A stretch of DNA of 64,000 bases from Camelus ferus. Its lineage: Eukaryota. Where the stretch lies: contig NC_045702.1 in NCBI RefSeq assembly GCF_009834535.1, positions 75,826,001-75,890,000 on the forward strand, written 5' to 3'. Position 1 is the stretch's first letter. Every line of letters starts with the position of its first letter. Positions 35,151 through 48,014 of the stretch are shown in pieces. The translations under genes were made by a program, and so were the position numbers. The notes beneath the pieces were generated by a model. It searched no databases, had not been told where the DNA came from, and saw nothing but the letters and a program-made list of their open reading frames with translations.

Positions 35151-35717
35151 TTGTATTATCTATTACTGCATAACAAGTCACCCCAAAACTTTGTGCTTAG
35201 AACAATAATCATGTATTATCTGTTGCTCTTTCTGTGTGCCAGGAACTCAAAGAGGGCACAGTAGGGATTGCTTATCCCTGCTCCTTGATGCCTGGGACCT
35301 TAGCTAGAAAACTTGAAGGCTGGAGCCTGGAATCTTCTGAAGTCTTGTTCATTTATGTGTCTGATGATTGATGCTGGCTGTTGACCAAGGGCAGCTGGAA
35401 CACTTAACATGTGGCCTCATGATGTGACCTGGATCACATAGTGGTCCACATGGTGGTGAGGATCAAAGTGCAAGACTTCTGAGACAGAGAGCCAGTGGAA
35501 ACCTTACTGCCTTTTATGATCTAGCCCTGGAAATCACACAGCATCGCTCTGGCCACATTCCACTGGTTGGTGTGTTACAAGAATCTGCCTCAATTCCTCC
35601 CATGAGGAGGGAACATGGGCCCCACCTTTCCTGACACAAAGTAAGAAGAGCATTTGGGATGTGATCTGTATCCATATACATTGATATCACCATCTTTGGA
35701 AAATACAATTTGCCACA
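35151..35717 (-). mobile_element. MLT1 (G/H-like) MaLR LTR
   Basis: tattactgcataacaagtcaccccaaaact..ttttatgatctagccctggaaatcac..tttgccaca. Confidence 0.8.
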
Positions 35718-35759
35718 TTGTGCTTTATCTCAGTTAATCGTCTCCCCACCCAAAACAAG

Positions 35760-35930
35760 CAAACAAATGAACAGACAGCAATAAATGAGGTAGATATTAT
35801 TAGACCTATTTTACAACTCAGGGAACTAGGGCTCAGAGAAGTAACTTTCCAATGGCAAACACCTTGTAAGTGGCAGCACAGGGACTCTGACCCCAGTGTC
35901 CAAGCCCTTAACCCCCAAACTGATCTTCCT
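35760..35930 (-). mobile_element. MIR SINE
   Basis: cctattttacaactcagggaactagggctcagagaagtaac. Confidence 0.6.
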
Positions 35931-36304
35931 GCTAGAGGTTATATTGCCTTATCTACAATATATACAGTATACACTTATCTACAGTATACACTGGAAGTTC
36001 AAGTTTCAGGTCTGTTTATGAATATGCATAAGTTCTTAGAGAAAAAAAAATTTCTTATTACAGGAACATTGGGTCCTCTGTTCCTTCTGTACTCAGGGCT
36101 GGAGCTTCAGGAGCAGACTGTATAGAAATATTATGTCAGGCCGGGCAGTATAAAGTCCACACGCAGCCCAGAGTAGACATGAAGGGTGTCATGTGCCCCC
36201 AAAGAATCAGCCCAAGAGTCCCCACAAAATGGCCAGTGCACTTGGCACAGGAAGGTGCCACCACTTGGATCTTGTCCAGCTGACCCTTAAAATCAGCCCA
36301 AATT

Positions 36305-36815
36305 ATTGTGGTAGCCAGCCTCCAAGACGGCCCCAGTGATCCCAGTGATCTGCGCCTCCTAGTAGCCACACCTTTGTGTAATCTCCTCTCCCAGGGCTGT
36401 CATCACACTCTACCAGGGTTGGTCTGTGTGACCAACAGCATACAGCAGAAGAGATAATAAGTCATTTCCAATATTTGGTTTTAGAATACTATAACTTCTG
36501 TTTTGAGCTCTCCCTCTCATCACTCACAGGAGAAGCCAGCGGCCATGTTGTGAGGACATTCAGGCAGGTTCTCAAAAGCCCACAAGCAAGGAACTGAGAC
36601 CTCTAGCCAACAGCCAGCAAGGAACTGAAATCTGCCAACAGCCATGTGAGTGAGCTTAGAAGACGCTTCTCCAGTGTCAGTTGAGCCTTGAGACCTCAGC
36701 TAAGCTCCTCCTTGACTCCTGACCCTCAGAAACCACTTAAGGTAACAAATGTTTATTGCTTTCAACTGCTACCTTTAGGGGTCATTTGTTACACAGCAAC
36801 AGTGTCATATAGTAG
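36305..36815 (+). mobile_element. MLT1F-like MaLR LTR
   Basis: tgtggtagccagcctccaagacggcccc..gccaacagccatgtgagtgagctt..tttgttacacagcaa. Confidence 0.8.
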
Positions 36816-36985
36816 AAGAGCTGCAGCTTTGGAGACAGGCACACTGCCATTATTTTGTTGTTGTTTGGGGGGAGGGCGGTTTGCACTTAGGATTTTATTG
36901 TGTGTAAATCCTACCCCAAAATACAAACAAAATAATTATATACACGCTGAAGTATTTAGGGGTGAAGTGTACCTGTAATTTACTT

Positions 36986-37070
36986 TGTGTGTGTGTATGT
37001 GTGTGTGTTTATTGACGTATAGTCAATTTACAATGCTGTGTTAGTCTCTGGTGTTCAGCACGGTGATTCA
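36986..37070 (-). mobile_element. Extremely truncated L1 3' tip with (TG)n in place of a T tail
   Basis: (TG)n then tttattgacgtatagtcaatttacaatgctgtgttagtctctggtg. Confidence 0.75.
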
Positions 37071-37079
37071 GTTATACTA

Positions 37080-37220
37080 CACTGCCTTTAAATTCTGGTT
37101 CCACCACGCCCTGTGTAAATAGCATGACCTCTCTGAGCCTCAGGTTCTTCATAAGCAAAAATGGGGATAATATTTATTCTAAAGGCTGAGTAAAGGTCAA
37201 AGGAAAGAAGTTAGAACAGG
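37080..37220 (+). mobile_element. MIR SINE
   Basis: tctctgagcctcaggttcttcataagcaaaatgggg. Confidence 0.6.
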
Positions 37221-37859
37221 GAACATTCCTCTTCTTCCTCCTCAGTGTTTCTAAAGCTAGAGTTAAGAATCCCCTCAGAGCAAACTGCTCTGTGATAATA
37301 AGAGGTGATCATTGTACAACCAGCACTGTAGTGGTAATAAAAAGAATAATCCCTTATTTCACACCAGGCAATGGAATTTAAATTTAAATTTCAGGCACAG
37401 ACCTCCTGTACTGTTACTTCAGCTTTGTTTTTATTCTTTTTATAGGCACATTAGAAAAATTGTAGCATTAATAATAACATGTACTTTTAAATTCTGTTTT
37501 ACAGAAATGATTCTTTTAAAAAAAAAAAAAGCCTATCTGCTTATAGTACAAGAAAGTACTTAAATTATCAAACTAAATACACAACATATTTCACCTGTTT
37601 CCCATATACATTTTATCATTTAATAATCCATACGCAAGTGTTTATAGAGTACCCTTAAGCCCAAGATGTTGTCCTAGGTACCATGAGGTGTGAAAAGTAG
37701 TCTAAGGAATCATCTCTGTCTTCAAGGAATTTACAGCCTTCTGAGGATAAAATAACATGAAAAATTTAAATACCATAAGACAGCACTGCAAGTGAAGTTA
37801 CAAGGAAGTAAGTGACTACATAACACAGCAAGCTCCACTGGCTTTAAGCTATATATGTA

Positions 37860-37985
37860 TCTGGAGCAATCTCAGATTTGCTGTTTACAGCTTGTGGATT
37901 TAGGAAAAATCACTTACCTGTCTGTGCCTCAATTTTCTCTTCTGTAAAATTGAACTAAGGTTGTTGTAAGGCCTAAATGAGGAGA
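37860..37985 (+). mobile_element. MIR SINE
   Basis: ctgtgcctcaattttctcttctgtaaaat..ggttgttgtaagg. Confidence 0.65.
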
Positions 37986-38089
37986 TAGACAGTTAGACAG
38001 ATGGCTAGGTAGGTAGATATAGTGCTTAATATAAGAAGGGACACTCAATTTCATATATATATGTATATATTTATATAAAACCCATGTGC

Positions 38090-38990
38090 AGGTGTCTGTT
38101 TATGTGGAGGTTACAGGCTATTNNNNNNNNNNNNNNNNNNNNNNNNNNNNNNNNNNNNNNNNNNNNNNNNNNNNNNNNNNNNNNNNNNNNNNNNNNNNNN
38201 NNNNNNNNNNNNNNNNNNNNNNNNNNNNNNNNNNNNNNNNNNNNNNNNNNNNNNNNNNNNNNNNNNNNNNNNNNNNNNNNNNNNNNNNNNNNNNNNNNNN
38301 NNNNNNNNNNNNNNNNNNNNNNNNNNNNNNNNNNNNNNNNNNNNNNNNNNNNNNNNNNNNNNNNNAAAAAAAAAAAACCATGAATTTGAAAAGATACATG
38401 CACCNNNNNNNNNNNNNNNNNNNNNNNNNNNNNNNNNNNNNNNNNNNNNNNNNNNNNNNNNNNNNNNNNNNNNNNNNNNNNNNNNNNNNNNNNNNNNNNN
38501 NNNNNNNNNNNNNNNNNNNNNNNNNNNNNNNNNNNNNNNNNNNNNNNNNNNNNNNNNNNNNNNNNNNNNNNNNNNNNNNNNNNNNNNNNNNNNNNNNNNN
38601 NNNNNNNNNNNNCAACATAGAAGGACTTGGAGGGCATTATGCTAAGTGAAATAAGCCAGACAGAGAAAGACAAATACTGTATGATATCATTTACATGTGA
38701 AATCTGAAAAATACAACAAACTAGTGAAGATAACTGAAAAAGAAAACAAACTAGTGGTTACTAGGTGGGGAAAGAGAAGGGGAAGGGGCAACATAGGGGT
38801 AGTGGAGAAAGAAGCACAAACTATTAGGTATAAAATGAGCTAGAAGGATATATCCCACAGCATAGGAAATACACAGCCAATATTTTATAATAACTATAAA
38901 TGGAGTATAACTTTTAAAAATTGTGAATCACTACATAACACACCTGTAACTTACATAACATTGTACATCAACTATACTTTACTTTTTTTT
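38090..38990 (+). mobile_element. L1 3' end (cetartiodactyl type) with two N-gaps
   Basis: ttgaaaagatacatgcacc; gagggcattatgctaagtgaaataagccagacagagaaagacaaatac; cattgtacatcaactatactt. Confidence 0.85.
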
Positions 38991-39254
38991 AATATTTTTT
39001 TAAAAAGAAGAAAGGAATAAACCAGGCTGGAATAGGGCATGTGCTGGGAGATACTGAGAAATTGGTTCTTGAATTGGCCCTCAAGACCAAGCCAGCGTTA
39101 AATGATCTGGGAGGAGAAAAGAGGGACGCTGTGGGAGGACCCGGCCTGTTCTGAGCATGTGGGAGAGCTCAAAGGACAGCCTTGACGTCTTCCTGCCACA
39201 AAGACTCTGCCAACAGTAACGTCTCCAGTCTGTAAAATAAGAAATAATAGAACA

Positions 39255-39495
39255 AATAATAACAATGGCTAACCTCAGGTAGTGCCAAAGACTTTGTGTT
39301 TATTACCTTGCATAACCCTCACGTAACACCAGGAGGTAGAGCTGTAGTTACCAACCCATTCTACAGAGGACGAAACTGAAGCTCAGAGTGTTTAAATTAC
39401 TTACCCCAAGACCATGCAGCTAGAGAACAGCAGAGCTGGACCTTGAACCCCAGCAGTCCCACTGCAGACCCTGGGCTCTTAACTGCTGGATTAAA
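39255..39495 (-). mobile_element. MIR SINE
   Basis: cccattctacagaggacgaaactgaagctcagag. Confidence 0.7.
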
Positions 39496-39639
39496 CTCCC
39501 ACTGGTTAATCAATGACACATTTTTCACTCTAACATTTTCCCACCACTTAGCCAAATCCCAAGACAACTGAATAGAAAGGTAAACTAATTTTAAATGAGC
39601 TCCAGTTAATATTAAATCAACAAAGCATTATCTGACTCA

Positions 39640-39810
39640 GTCCCAAAGTAATGATTCCTAACCTTTGGGGGTTACACACCCCTCTGAATATCTGACAACT
39701 GAGGCCCCTCCTCCAGGAAAATGTGTATCTATACACAAATACAAAGTTTGCATAGAATTTCAGGGATTCCCTGAAGCCCGGGAGGGGCCCTAAGTCAACA
39801 CTTCTTGACC
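39640..39810. mobile_element. hAT-Charlie-type MITE
   Basis: ctaacctttgggggt..cccctctgaatatctga..tttgcatagaatttcaggg. Confidence 0.55.
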
Positions 39811-40334
39811 TCACACTTCCAGAGCCAAATAAATCCCCTCCCAGTGCAAATGATGGAGGGCATCACACCCAGTCCCAAGGTCCTGCCTTCAGCACAGATA
39901 ATCGAGGGTGCGGGGGCCGCTGCTCTGCCTACACGCGTATTCAGGTCACAATCACTCTTCCACCGTGGATGCTCTATTGAGTTATTGGTGGGCCGCAAGC
40001 CTCGCGGTCTGGGATGCGGATGCTTCCGTTCTGCCAGCGTAGAGGGGAGCAGGCCGTGGGTGGGGCTTCTGCGGGAAGCCTGTGTGATCAGACCGTGTGC
40101 CTGCGGCTAAAAGTGCTGTCAGGTGCCACTGGCTGCTCAGGTGGTCAGAAGCCTCTTCCAGCCTGGGGCCAAGGAGAAAAAAATAAATACAGAATTAACC
40201 TAGCTCGCATCCTGGAACAGTCCTGCCCTGCGTGTATTGGAGGAAGTCAAAGGCATTAAAAAATAGTTTCCTTTCACCTTACTCTAAGTCTAGAAGCAGT
40301 ATTTTTCTCTAGTGTTCTGTGCAAAGAGCAAAAC

Positions 40335-40570
40335 TCAGACAACGTGGTATAATGTGAAAAAAAAATGTGTTTAGGAGACAGATGTAGGTTTAAATCCTAG
40401 TTTCCTAGTTTCACCACTTACTCGGGCAAGTTACTTAGCACCTCTGAACCTCTGATTTCTGTTCTAGAAAATGTGGACACACATGTTTATATTGCAGAAT
40501 TGTTGTGAGGATTAAATAAGACAGCACACTTGTGTTCCCAGCGCATAAGAAGTACTTAATAAGCAGTCAC
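40335..40570 (+). mobile_element. MIR SINE
   Basis: gggcaagttacttagcacctctgaacctc..ttgttgtgaggattaaataag. Confidence 0.75.
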
Positions 40571-42091
40571 TAAAACCAGACCTCATGATATTTATCTTTC
40601 AGGCTCTTAAGTTTCCACTGAGATTAATAGCCCCTTGAGATGGGTGTGTTTAAGTCCTTGAATATCGAGAGCTATTGTGATCTCAAGGAAATATAAAAGA
40701 GCCATAAATCCTAAATCCTATAGTTCAGAAGCCATAACTGCTTTCTTAGATGTCTTTCCATTCCTGGCACAGAACTTAGTGAACAATTGAATGTTGGCAG
40801 GTACCTATGGGCCAGAAGTCACTCTGGGAGAGCCAGGATCCCCTTAAGAAATTAGCAAGTGGAGCAGACATCCTGTTCACTGTCAGAAGACAGGGTCCAC
40901 GTTAAATCATAACTACCTTGAAGAGCACTCTGTGTCAGGACGAGGTTTGCTCTTGGGAAGTATTCTGCAATTCTCTGCTTCCCTGAGAGGAACTGGCTAT
41001 GAAGTACCTTTGGGCAGGTTCTTCATCTCTTAACTTGGAGGTGAGGAAAGGCCTTGGAGGAATCAGCTGGATTTATTAATATCCTGATCTTAAAGCAAAC
41101 CAACAAAAAAGAATTTGAAGAGAATTTATAATGAAAGACATACAGTGGACTTTAAGACTTAACAAACTAGAACACAGGATTGAGGAAAAAAGGAGGAGAT
41201 ATGATAACCTTAAAACGTACCAGAGTTGTAAATTTCCCTCTGTGATTCTTGAATAAAAAGAGAGGCAATCTTCTAGCTCCCATCAGAAAAAAATAAATAA
41301 AATACCATTTGTCGCAGACACAGCTCTTTCCTGGCCCTAAATCTGGTGAAAATTTCTCATACAGAAGAACATGCACAAGGAGCTGGAGTCATGCCAGGCA
41401 CTGTCCTCAACAACTGTTGTACAGTAAATAAGTGGTTTGCATGTAGCTCTTTATCATAACGACCTGAAATAAAACACTACCTCAAGGGAGATGATCAGAC
41501 AGCACCAGAAAGTGCGACACTCCACTGTGCCTTAATGTCTTCAAAAAGTCAGCACCGAGAACAGAAAAGGTGAGGGTGGCGGGAATGTTTAAAATGAAAA
41601 GAGACAAGATCCTGAAGAGACAGAACCATTTCCGATGCATGAATCTTGGTTGGTAAAGAAAATCATGGTAGGACATTTTGCTGATAGTCTAAGAATCATG
41701 AATACAGACTGGTTATTTATTAGATGATACAGGGAATTATTGTTAGGTAGGGTAATGGTATGGTGGCTGTGTAAAAGACTGTCTTTTTATTTGTCATTTC
41801 TTTTTAGAGACATATACTGAAGTATTTAAAGGTAACTTTGAAATGGTTTCAAACAGATTTTGTTTTTAATTCACACACACACAAATGAATGATATTTGAC
41901 AAAATGTTAACCCATATTGAATTTAGTGAGGGATACATGGGTCAGTATATATTCTACTATGTGTTTGAATATTTTTACCATAAGAAGTGAGAAAAAAAAG
42001 AAGACTTGGAGAGAGATCTCAGAGGGACATGTGCCCTACATGCACCAGTGAGAAAAGCTGACAGACCACCCCAGGCTGGGAGGAATGAACC

Positions 42092-42468
42092 TGTTATGAA
42101 CTGAATTATGACTCCCCTCAAATTCATTATTTTTGAAGTCAATGCCCGGTACTTCATAATGTAACCATATTTGGTGATAGGCTCTAAGATGAGGTCGTTA
42201 AGAAGGGCCCTCATCCCATATTACTGGCATCCTTGTAAGAGGAGAAAATTTGGACACAGACACACACAGGGAAGATGTTACGAAGATGCAGGGATAAGAC
42301 AGCCATCTGCCAGACAATGGCCTGAAACAGATCCCTCAGAAGGAACCAAACCTATGGGCACCTTGATCTGGAACTTCTGGCCTCCAGAACCATGAGAAAA
42401 TAAACTCCTGTTGTTAAAGCCACCTCGTCTGTGGTACTGTGTGAAGGCAGTCCTGGAAAACTAATAGA
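42092..42468 (+). mobile_element. MLT1A/B-like MaLR LTR
   Basis: tgttatgaactgaatt..ccttgatctggaacttctggcctccagaac..aaactaata. Confidence 0.85.
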
Positions 42469-42715
42469 GAACTCTTTGATTTGCCTCCAAAGCCCGGGGA
42501 GCTTTTCCCGTATCCCCATGCCAGCCCTCTCCCCAACACTGCAGAAGCCACAGTGGGCAGAGCATGACTGCGAGGCTCATAGAAGGTAGCTGCCCAGAGC
42601 AGGCTGGCGGTGCACTCTCCCCACCCCAGGGACTGCGCATCTGAACAGCTGCGACCCAAGTCTGACACGTGTGGTCCTTTACCTCTCTGGGTTTTCTGTC
42701 TTAAAAATGAAGAAG

Positions 42716-42716
<1 letters not shown>

Positions 42717-42760
<44 letters not shown>
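42717..42760. repeat. (TG)22 perfect microsatellite
   Basis: direct reading. Confidence 0.95.
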
Positions 42761-42763
<3 letters not shown>

Positions 42764-43194
42764 ATGCCTGCATGTGTGTGTTGCGGAAGAGAAAATCTAG
42801 CTTTAAAAGCCCTGTAGCTAATATTTATTTATTCTAATGAATAATTAATATTTAACATTTAGAATTACAATTGATATTCAAGTGGTGTACTGCCATACTC
42901 GACTGTTACAATATTGAAGTAATTCACACTTGTTGATAAATATCATTACCTCTCTCATCACCCCAGCTCATCTCCAGAAACTCTCCACAGTCCTGCAGTG
43001 AATGAGTTAATGCCTGGCACCAGAAGGTGTTCCAGAATCTGCTCCAGCAACCTTGCCCTCCATTCTGGTAAGAACAGCCATCTCTGCCTTTACTAGTTGT
43101 TACAAGCTTTTCCAGTCCATCCCTGTTTGGTATGCTTCCAGCACTGTCCCCTAAATTCTTTCTGTTCATTATTTCACAACTCCAAAGCATATAC

Positions 43195-43270
43195 TATTAG
43201 TATTTCTCTTCACACATGAAGAAACTGAGGCTCAGAGAAATTAAGTAAGTTGCCCAGGGTCACAGGCAGA
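43195..43270 (-). mobile_element. MIR core
   Basis: atgaagaaactgaggctcagagaaattaagtaagttgcccagggtcacag. Confidence 0.75.
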
Positions 43271-44359
43271 GTGGGTACCCGCCCCAGAATTGGTCTGTCA
43301 GAATTCTTTGATCCTTAGAAGAAAAAGCAGAGCAACCAAGAAGCGTTCAGAGGCTGCAGCCCGAGGTCCTGGGGACCCTGGGTATTCTTGGGGCATCTCT
43401 TTTCTCCAGATAGGATCTCCCCATGTGAAAACACTGACAGAGGTACTGAGTGGTAGTAAAAACTCACAAAGAACAAGCAGTCCTGCCACCAAACAGCTTC
43501 GAAAGCTGCACAGCGGTTCTGGGCTCTCCTCCCCGCAGGCACTATGCGAATAAAAGAGCACCCCTCACCTGCAGCCGTGGGACCCCTTGAGGGCAACGCA
43601 GGGCTGAGCAGGTGGGTATGACCCACTTTAACCTTTCAAAGCCATGGCAAAAGCCTGCACAGCTATCTGGGAACACCTGGGCGTTCCTCTGGCCCTGAGA
43701 GTTTTGCTGCAGGGACCTTGCCCTCAAGTCCCCGACGGTGTCCTGCCCACTTACTGGACACTCACTTGGACCCTCTAGTCATGCAGTCCAGGGGCGCCCA
43801 CCTCCTTTCACCCTGGCCCTGGCCCCCTGATTTCCTGGTGACCTTCTAACTTTGTTTTTGCCTTTCCCATGGCACTTAACCCCAGTGTGTCCTGAAGACT
43901 CTATAACCCTAAAAACCAGTCCTGCTAACCAGCTGGCCTGGGTACAATAGCACATGGAAAGCAAAGTCATGGGACTGAAACCAGAAAAAAACCTATTCAT
44001 GAGAGAAGCAGCTGGCAGCTGGAAAACAGAAGGAGAGAGAAAGAAAGGCCAATCCTTACCTCCTACAGGACCCGATTAACTGGGGATTTCGAAGCAAGAG
44101 TCACTCAACCTGCCTAAGACCCCCCTCCCTCTACTAATGAAGGCAGTGATGCTTATCGCCCCCACGTCCCTGCATCCTTCCCAGCAGGGCTCAGAGAAGC
44201 CATCCTGCTGACAGGAGCTTTGAGATGGAAAGCAGTGGGGAGAGGGGTGGAGGGACCACGGCTGCCTTGGGCAGTTAAGAGAATGCTCTTCATCTAAGGC
44301 TACTCTCCAGTTAAACACCAAAAAAAAATATTGCTGGGGGCATATGTTCAATAATTTTA

Positions 44360-44700
44360 AATAATTATTAAGTAATTGTATTCATTTTAAAATTTCACAA
44401 GTAGTATATGTTCACTGAAGAAAAAAAATAGAGAAAGAAATTCACCCATAATACAACTAGGACATAACCACTTTCAATATTTAGTGTATATATGTTTTTC
44501 ACACACAAAAAAACTAGCTACTACTGTGTATGTCCTCAACAATAGATCATAAACGTCTTTCTACGTCAGTACAGCCACTTCTACCACTCCTAGAAGGGGG
44601 TGCAATGTGTTTTATTACATAGATAAAATGTAATGGTTTAAGCCAATCCCCCACCGCAGTGCATTTGGACCACTTCTGATGGAATTTAAATTATTTTATG
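44360..44700 (-). mobile_element. L1ME-like fragment
   Basis: AT-rich; ataaccactttcaatattt..gtaatggtttaagccaatccc. Confidence 0.45.
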
Positions 44701-45175
44701 ACGTGGCAGATGCTGGGACCAGAGGAGGTGACACCCCAGCCTCTTAGAGTTGGGCTACCACCCCCGCCTGCCCAGCCCCCACTCCGTGTCCCACTCCAAC
44801 CTGACTACTTGGCATTTCTTACGTTGTGTTCCCTCCCGCTCAGCCCCAGGACGTTTCCACATGTTTTACTGCATGAGCCCTGTCCAGAAACAGGTGTGGT
44901 AGGGCCCCTGCCTCGTCTCTTACTCGGCTTCCCCGTCTTAGCCCTCAGAGATAACAGATCACAGCTGAGGCAAAAAAAGGTGGCTTTAGTGAGGTCCCGT
45001 TTCCAGCATCTTTATTTTACTAGCGGCCGGTGATTTCCCAGTTACACTGTTGGCACCTCCCTGCCCACACCAGAGCTTCTGCCTGAGGCCCTGGAACTGG
45101 CTAGCGGGGGCGTGATGCTCCCCAATGAGAGAGGGCTGAGATGGGGTAGGGAGGAAGAGATGCCAAGTGGGGAAT

Positions 45176-45208
45176 CACACGCATGTGCGCGCGCGCACAC
45201 ACGCACAC
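45176..45208. repeat. 33-nt alternating purine-pyrimidine tract with (CG)4 core
   Basis: cacacgcatgtgcgcgcgcgcacacacgcacac. Confidence 0.85.
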
Positions 45209-45431
45209 CAGCACACTCTGGAGCCTGTACACATAGGCGATGAGACACTATCATAAGGAGACAACAGTTCTGTCGTGCATCTCAGAGGGAGCAAAGCCAG
45301 GACTAGGGGCCGTTTTGCCCCCAAAGCGGGGTGCCGGTGCTAGAGGCTCTGTGGACGCCGAGCCGGCTGTGACTGAGCCGATGTTGTCAGGTATCACACC
45401 TTCGCCATCTCTTCTTTTTTCCTACTCTCTT

Positions 45432-45649
45432 TTTTTTTTTTAATATATTTTTATTGAAGTACAGTCAGTTCACAATGTTGTGTCAATTTCTGGTGCACAG
45501 CACAATACTTCAGTCACATAGGAACATACGTACATCTGTTCTCATAGTCTTCTTCCCCATAGGTTACTACAAGATATTGAGTATGGTTCCCTGTGCTTTG
45601 CAGTATACGCTTGTTGTTTATCTATTTTATATATATTAGTTAGTATCTG
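45432..45649 (-). mobile_element. 5'-truncated L1 3' end with TSD
   Basis: T tail plus attgaagtacagtcagttcacaatg; flanks TCCTACTCTCTT (45420-45431) and TCCTAGTCTCTT (45650-45661). Confidence 0.85.
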
Positions 45650-45879
45650 TCCTAGTCTCTTGGAAATTGCTTTAAGGTCTCTCCCTTTTCTCATTTCCTC
45701 ATTATGACATCAAGTGCACCCTTGAGACAACAGAGTACCTTTAAATGATTAAGATGCAGCTTCTGAGGAAAAAAGAAATGAGGCAGGGGTTAGGGGAGGC
45801 CACTCCTGCTTTTGGCAATTAAACGGAGGTGGGAGGAAGGGGAGCCTCTCCCCTCTGGCAGGGAGTGTCTGGATAGAAC

Positions 45880-46610
45880 AGAACAGCCACACCCTGACGT
45901 CCCTGTTTCCTGCTCTTGGTGGTACCTGCCCTCTCCAAATTGCCCAGACTTGAAAAGCTGAAGCCATCTTGGTCTTCTCTTTCTTTTTCTGCCACACCTA
46001 AGTGTCAAGTCCTGTGGCTCCTCCTTCCCGTTTCCCCACTTCCACAATCCCGTCCCTTCCTTTGCATTTCCATAGCAACTGCCCTAACTCAGGCCTTTCC
46101 CCAGCCTCCTGCAAGTCTTCACCTTCCCCACTCCACCATCTGGACTCCTCCTGGCCCTTGCAACCAACCAGATTTGTGTCCCTAGTTAGTGATTTGCATT
46201 ATGTTGTCCTGCTGCAAAGCTTTCCATTGGCCCCATGGCCTGGCAGGAAAAGCTCACCACCATTAGGCTCTGTCCTGCTCTCCCAGCCTGTCCGGCCCCA
46301 GCTGCTTCCAGCCACTTCCAGGCAATCCATTCTTCCCTGGAATGTCCACCTTTCCCTGGAATTCTACCCCTGGAACACCTTTGGAATCAGTGGGATCAGA
46401 ATGACTCTTCAAAGCGAATCTACATGAACCTTTCATTTATCTCTGAATCACAGGAAGGTACTTCCTCTTCTATGGCTTTATTCTCTGTACCTTTCACTGC
46501 CCTGTATTTTATTATCTGGTTAACATCTTATCTCTCCTGTACATTTCGTAAAGGGCAGGGGCTGAGTTTTGTTGGTCATTGTATTGCCTGCAGCCCCAGG
46601 AAGTTCTGAG
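45880..46610 (+). mobile_element. L2 fragment
   Basis: pyrimidine-rich L2 body ending agggcaggggctgagttttgttggtcattgtatt. Confidence 0.65.
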
Positions 46611-46753
46611 TTTATGTGAGCTGGTTTGGTAACTACGGGTAATTACCTTGGCAGCTCTGTTGGGTTGAAGACCTGGCTCGGAGGCTCACCCACCCCCTGG
46701 GTTCCCAGGCATGAGAAGAGAGGCCAACACTTGCCAAAGGAGCTTAGGCTGGT

Positions 46754-47196
46754 TTTATAGTTTGAATTGTGTCCCCTCAAAATTCACGTGTTTATATCCT
46801 AACCCCAAGGACCTCAGAAAGTGACTTTATTTGGTATAGACACTTTACCAAGGTAGACAAGTTAAATGAGGTTATTAGGGTGGATCCTAATCCGATTTGA
46901 CTGAGGGTCTCATAAAAAGGGGACATGTGGACCCAGAGACACAAATGTAGAGCAAAAATGATGTAAAGACACAGAAAGGACGTCATCCATAAGTCAAGGA
47001 ACTTGGGAGGCTACTGGAAGCTAGGAGAGAGGCCTGGAATAGCTCCTTCCCTCACAGCTCTTAGAGGAAACCAGTCCTGCCCACCTGCACCTTGATTTCC
47101 AACTTCTAGGCTCCAGACGGTGTGCCTATAAATTTCTGTCCTGATAAACCACCCAGTTAGTGGTGCTTTGTTGAGGCAGCCCTGGCAAATGTACAC
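46754..47196 (+). mobile_element. MLT1C-like MaLR LTR
   Basis: gaattgtgtcccctcaaaattcac..gaagctaggagagaggcctggaa..gcagccctggcaaat. Confidence 0.85.
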
Positions 47197-47694
47197 AGCT
47201 GGATTCCTGAGAAACATAAGGAGGGCAGAGCCAGTCCTGGAGATGCCCTGGGCAGGAAGGCGGTGGCCCCCAACACTAAGTAGCCTGTGCCAGCAGGCGA
47301 GGGCTAGCGCTCGGCCTGCCTCACACAGCCCTTTGAAGAGAGTGTTCTACTTTTATATTTGGGCAGGGGCAGGTGGTGGTAGGAATGGGGGCAGGAAACC
47401 CCACTGGAGGACAGACCCTCCTTCCAGGCTCCAGATGCTTCCAGCCACACTCTTTTTAAAAGAAAAGAAATGCAAGGACTTCATAAGCTCTGCAGAGACT
47501 GGGAACTCTGCCCTGGAAACTCCTCCCTAATTACCACCTTCCACTGAGGTTCCTGGTGCCTCCCTCCTCCTCAGCAGGGGGCGGTGGATGTGGCAGGGCC
47601 TCTACTCCTGACTCAAAGGGGCATTTCCTGAACCCTCCTTACCCCAAACATGCCCTTCCACCCCTGGGGAGCCCCACCAGACATGCTAACTGCA

Positions 47695-47830
47695 TTAGGC
47701 TTAATTGGGTATAATTAAGTTAGCTAAGTGGAAGGACTCCCCATTAGCAGACAGGAAAACTAAGGCGTGATGGGTCTCACGTTGGCTGCTGGCAGGAAAC
47801 ATGCCAGAGTTTCTGTCCCCCCTAGAGTCA
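47695..47830 (-). mobile_element. MIR SINE
   Basis: ccccattagcagacaggaaaactaaggc. Confidence 0.5.
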
Positions 47831-48014
47831 GTCCCATAACCTCCCACAGTGAGGGCAGTAGGCAGGGAAAAGTAAGAGCAGAGGCAAGGAGTTGGGGAGG
47901 ATGTGCCTGGGGCCCAGGGCCGTGGAACAGCTATGCCACTAGACGCAGCAAGCACAGTACTGTGGAGCCTACACTTAGGCACCAGGCCCTTCCTGTGAGC
48001 ACCCTAAGCCTGTG

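Noticed and set aside
9640-36350. Micro-duplications (CCCAGATAAT x2 at 9640, GCCGCTGGC x2 at ~19490, CCCAGTGAT x2 at ~36331) and a 9-bp inverted repeat at ~29548
   Set aside because: Expected slippage products or chance; no spacer structure and nothing CRISPR-like.
42414-42773. ORFs with HTHTHT / CVCVCV runs
   Set aside because: Translation of the (TG)22 microsatellite.
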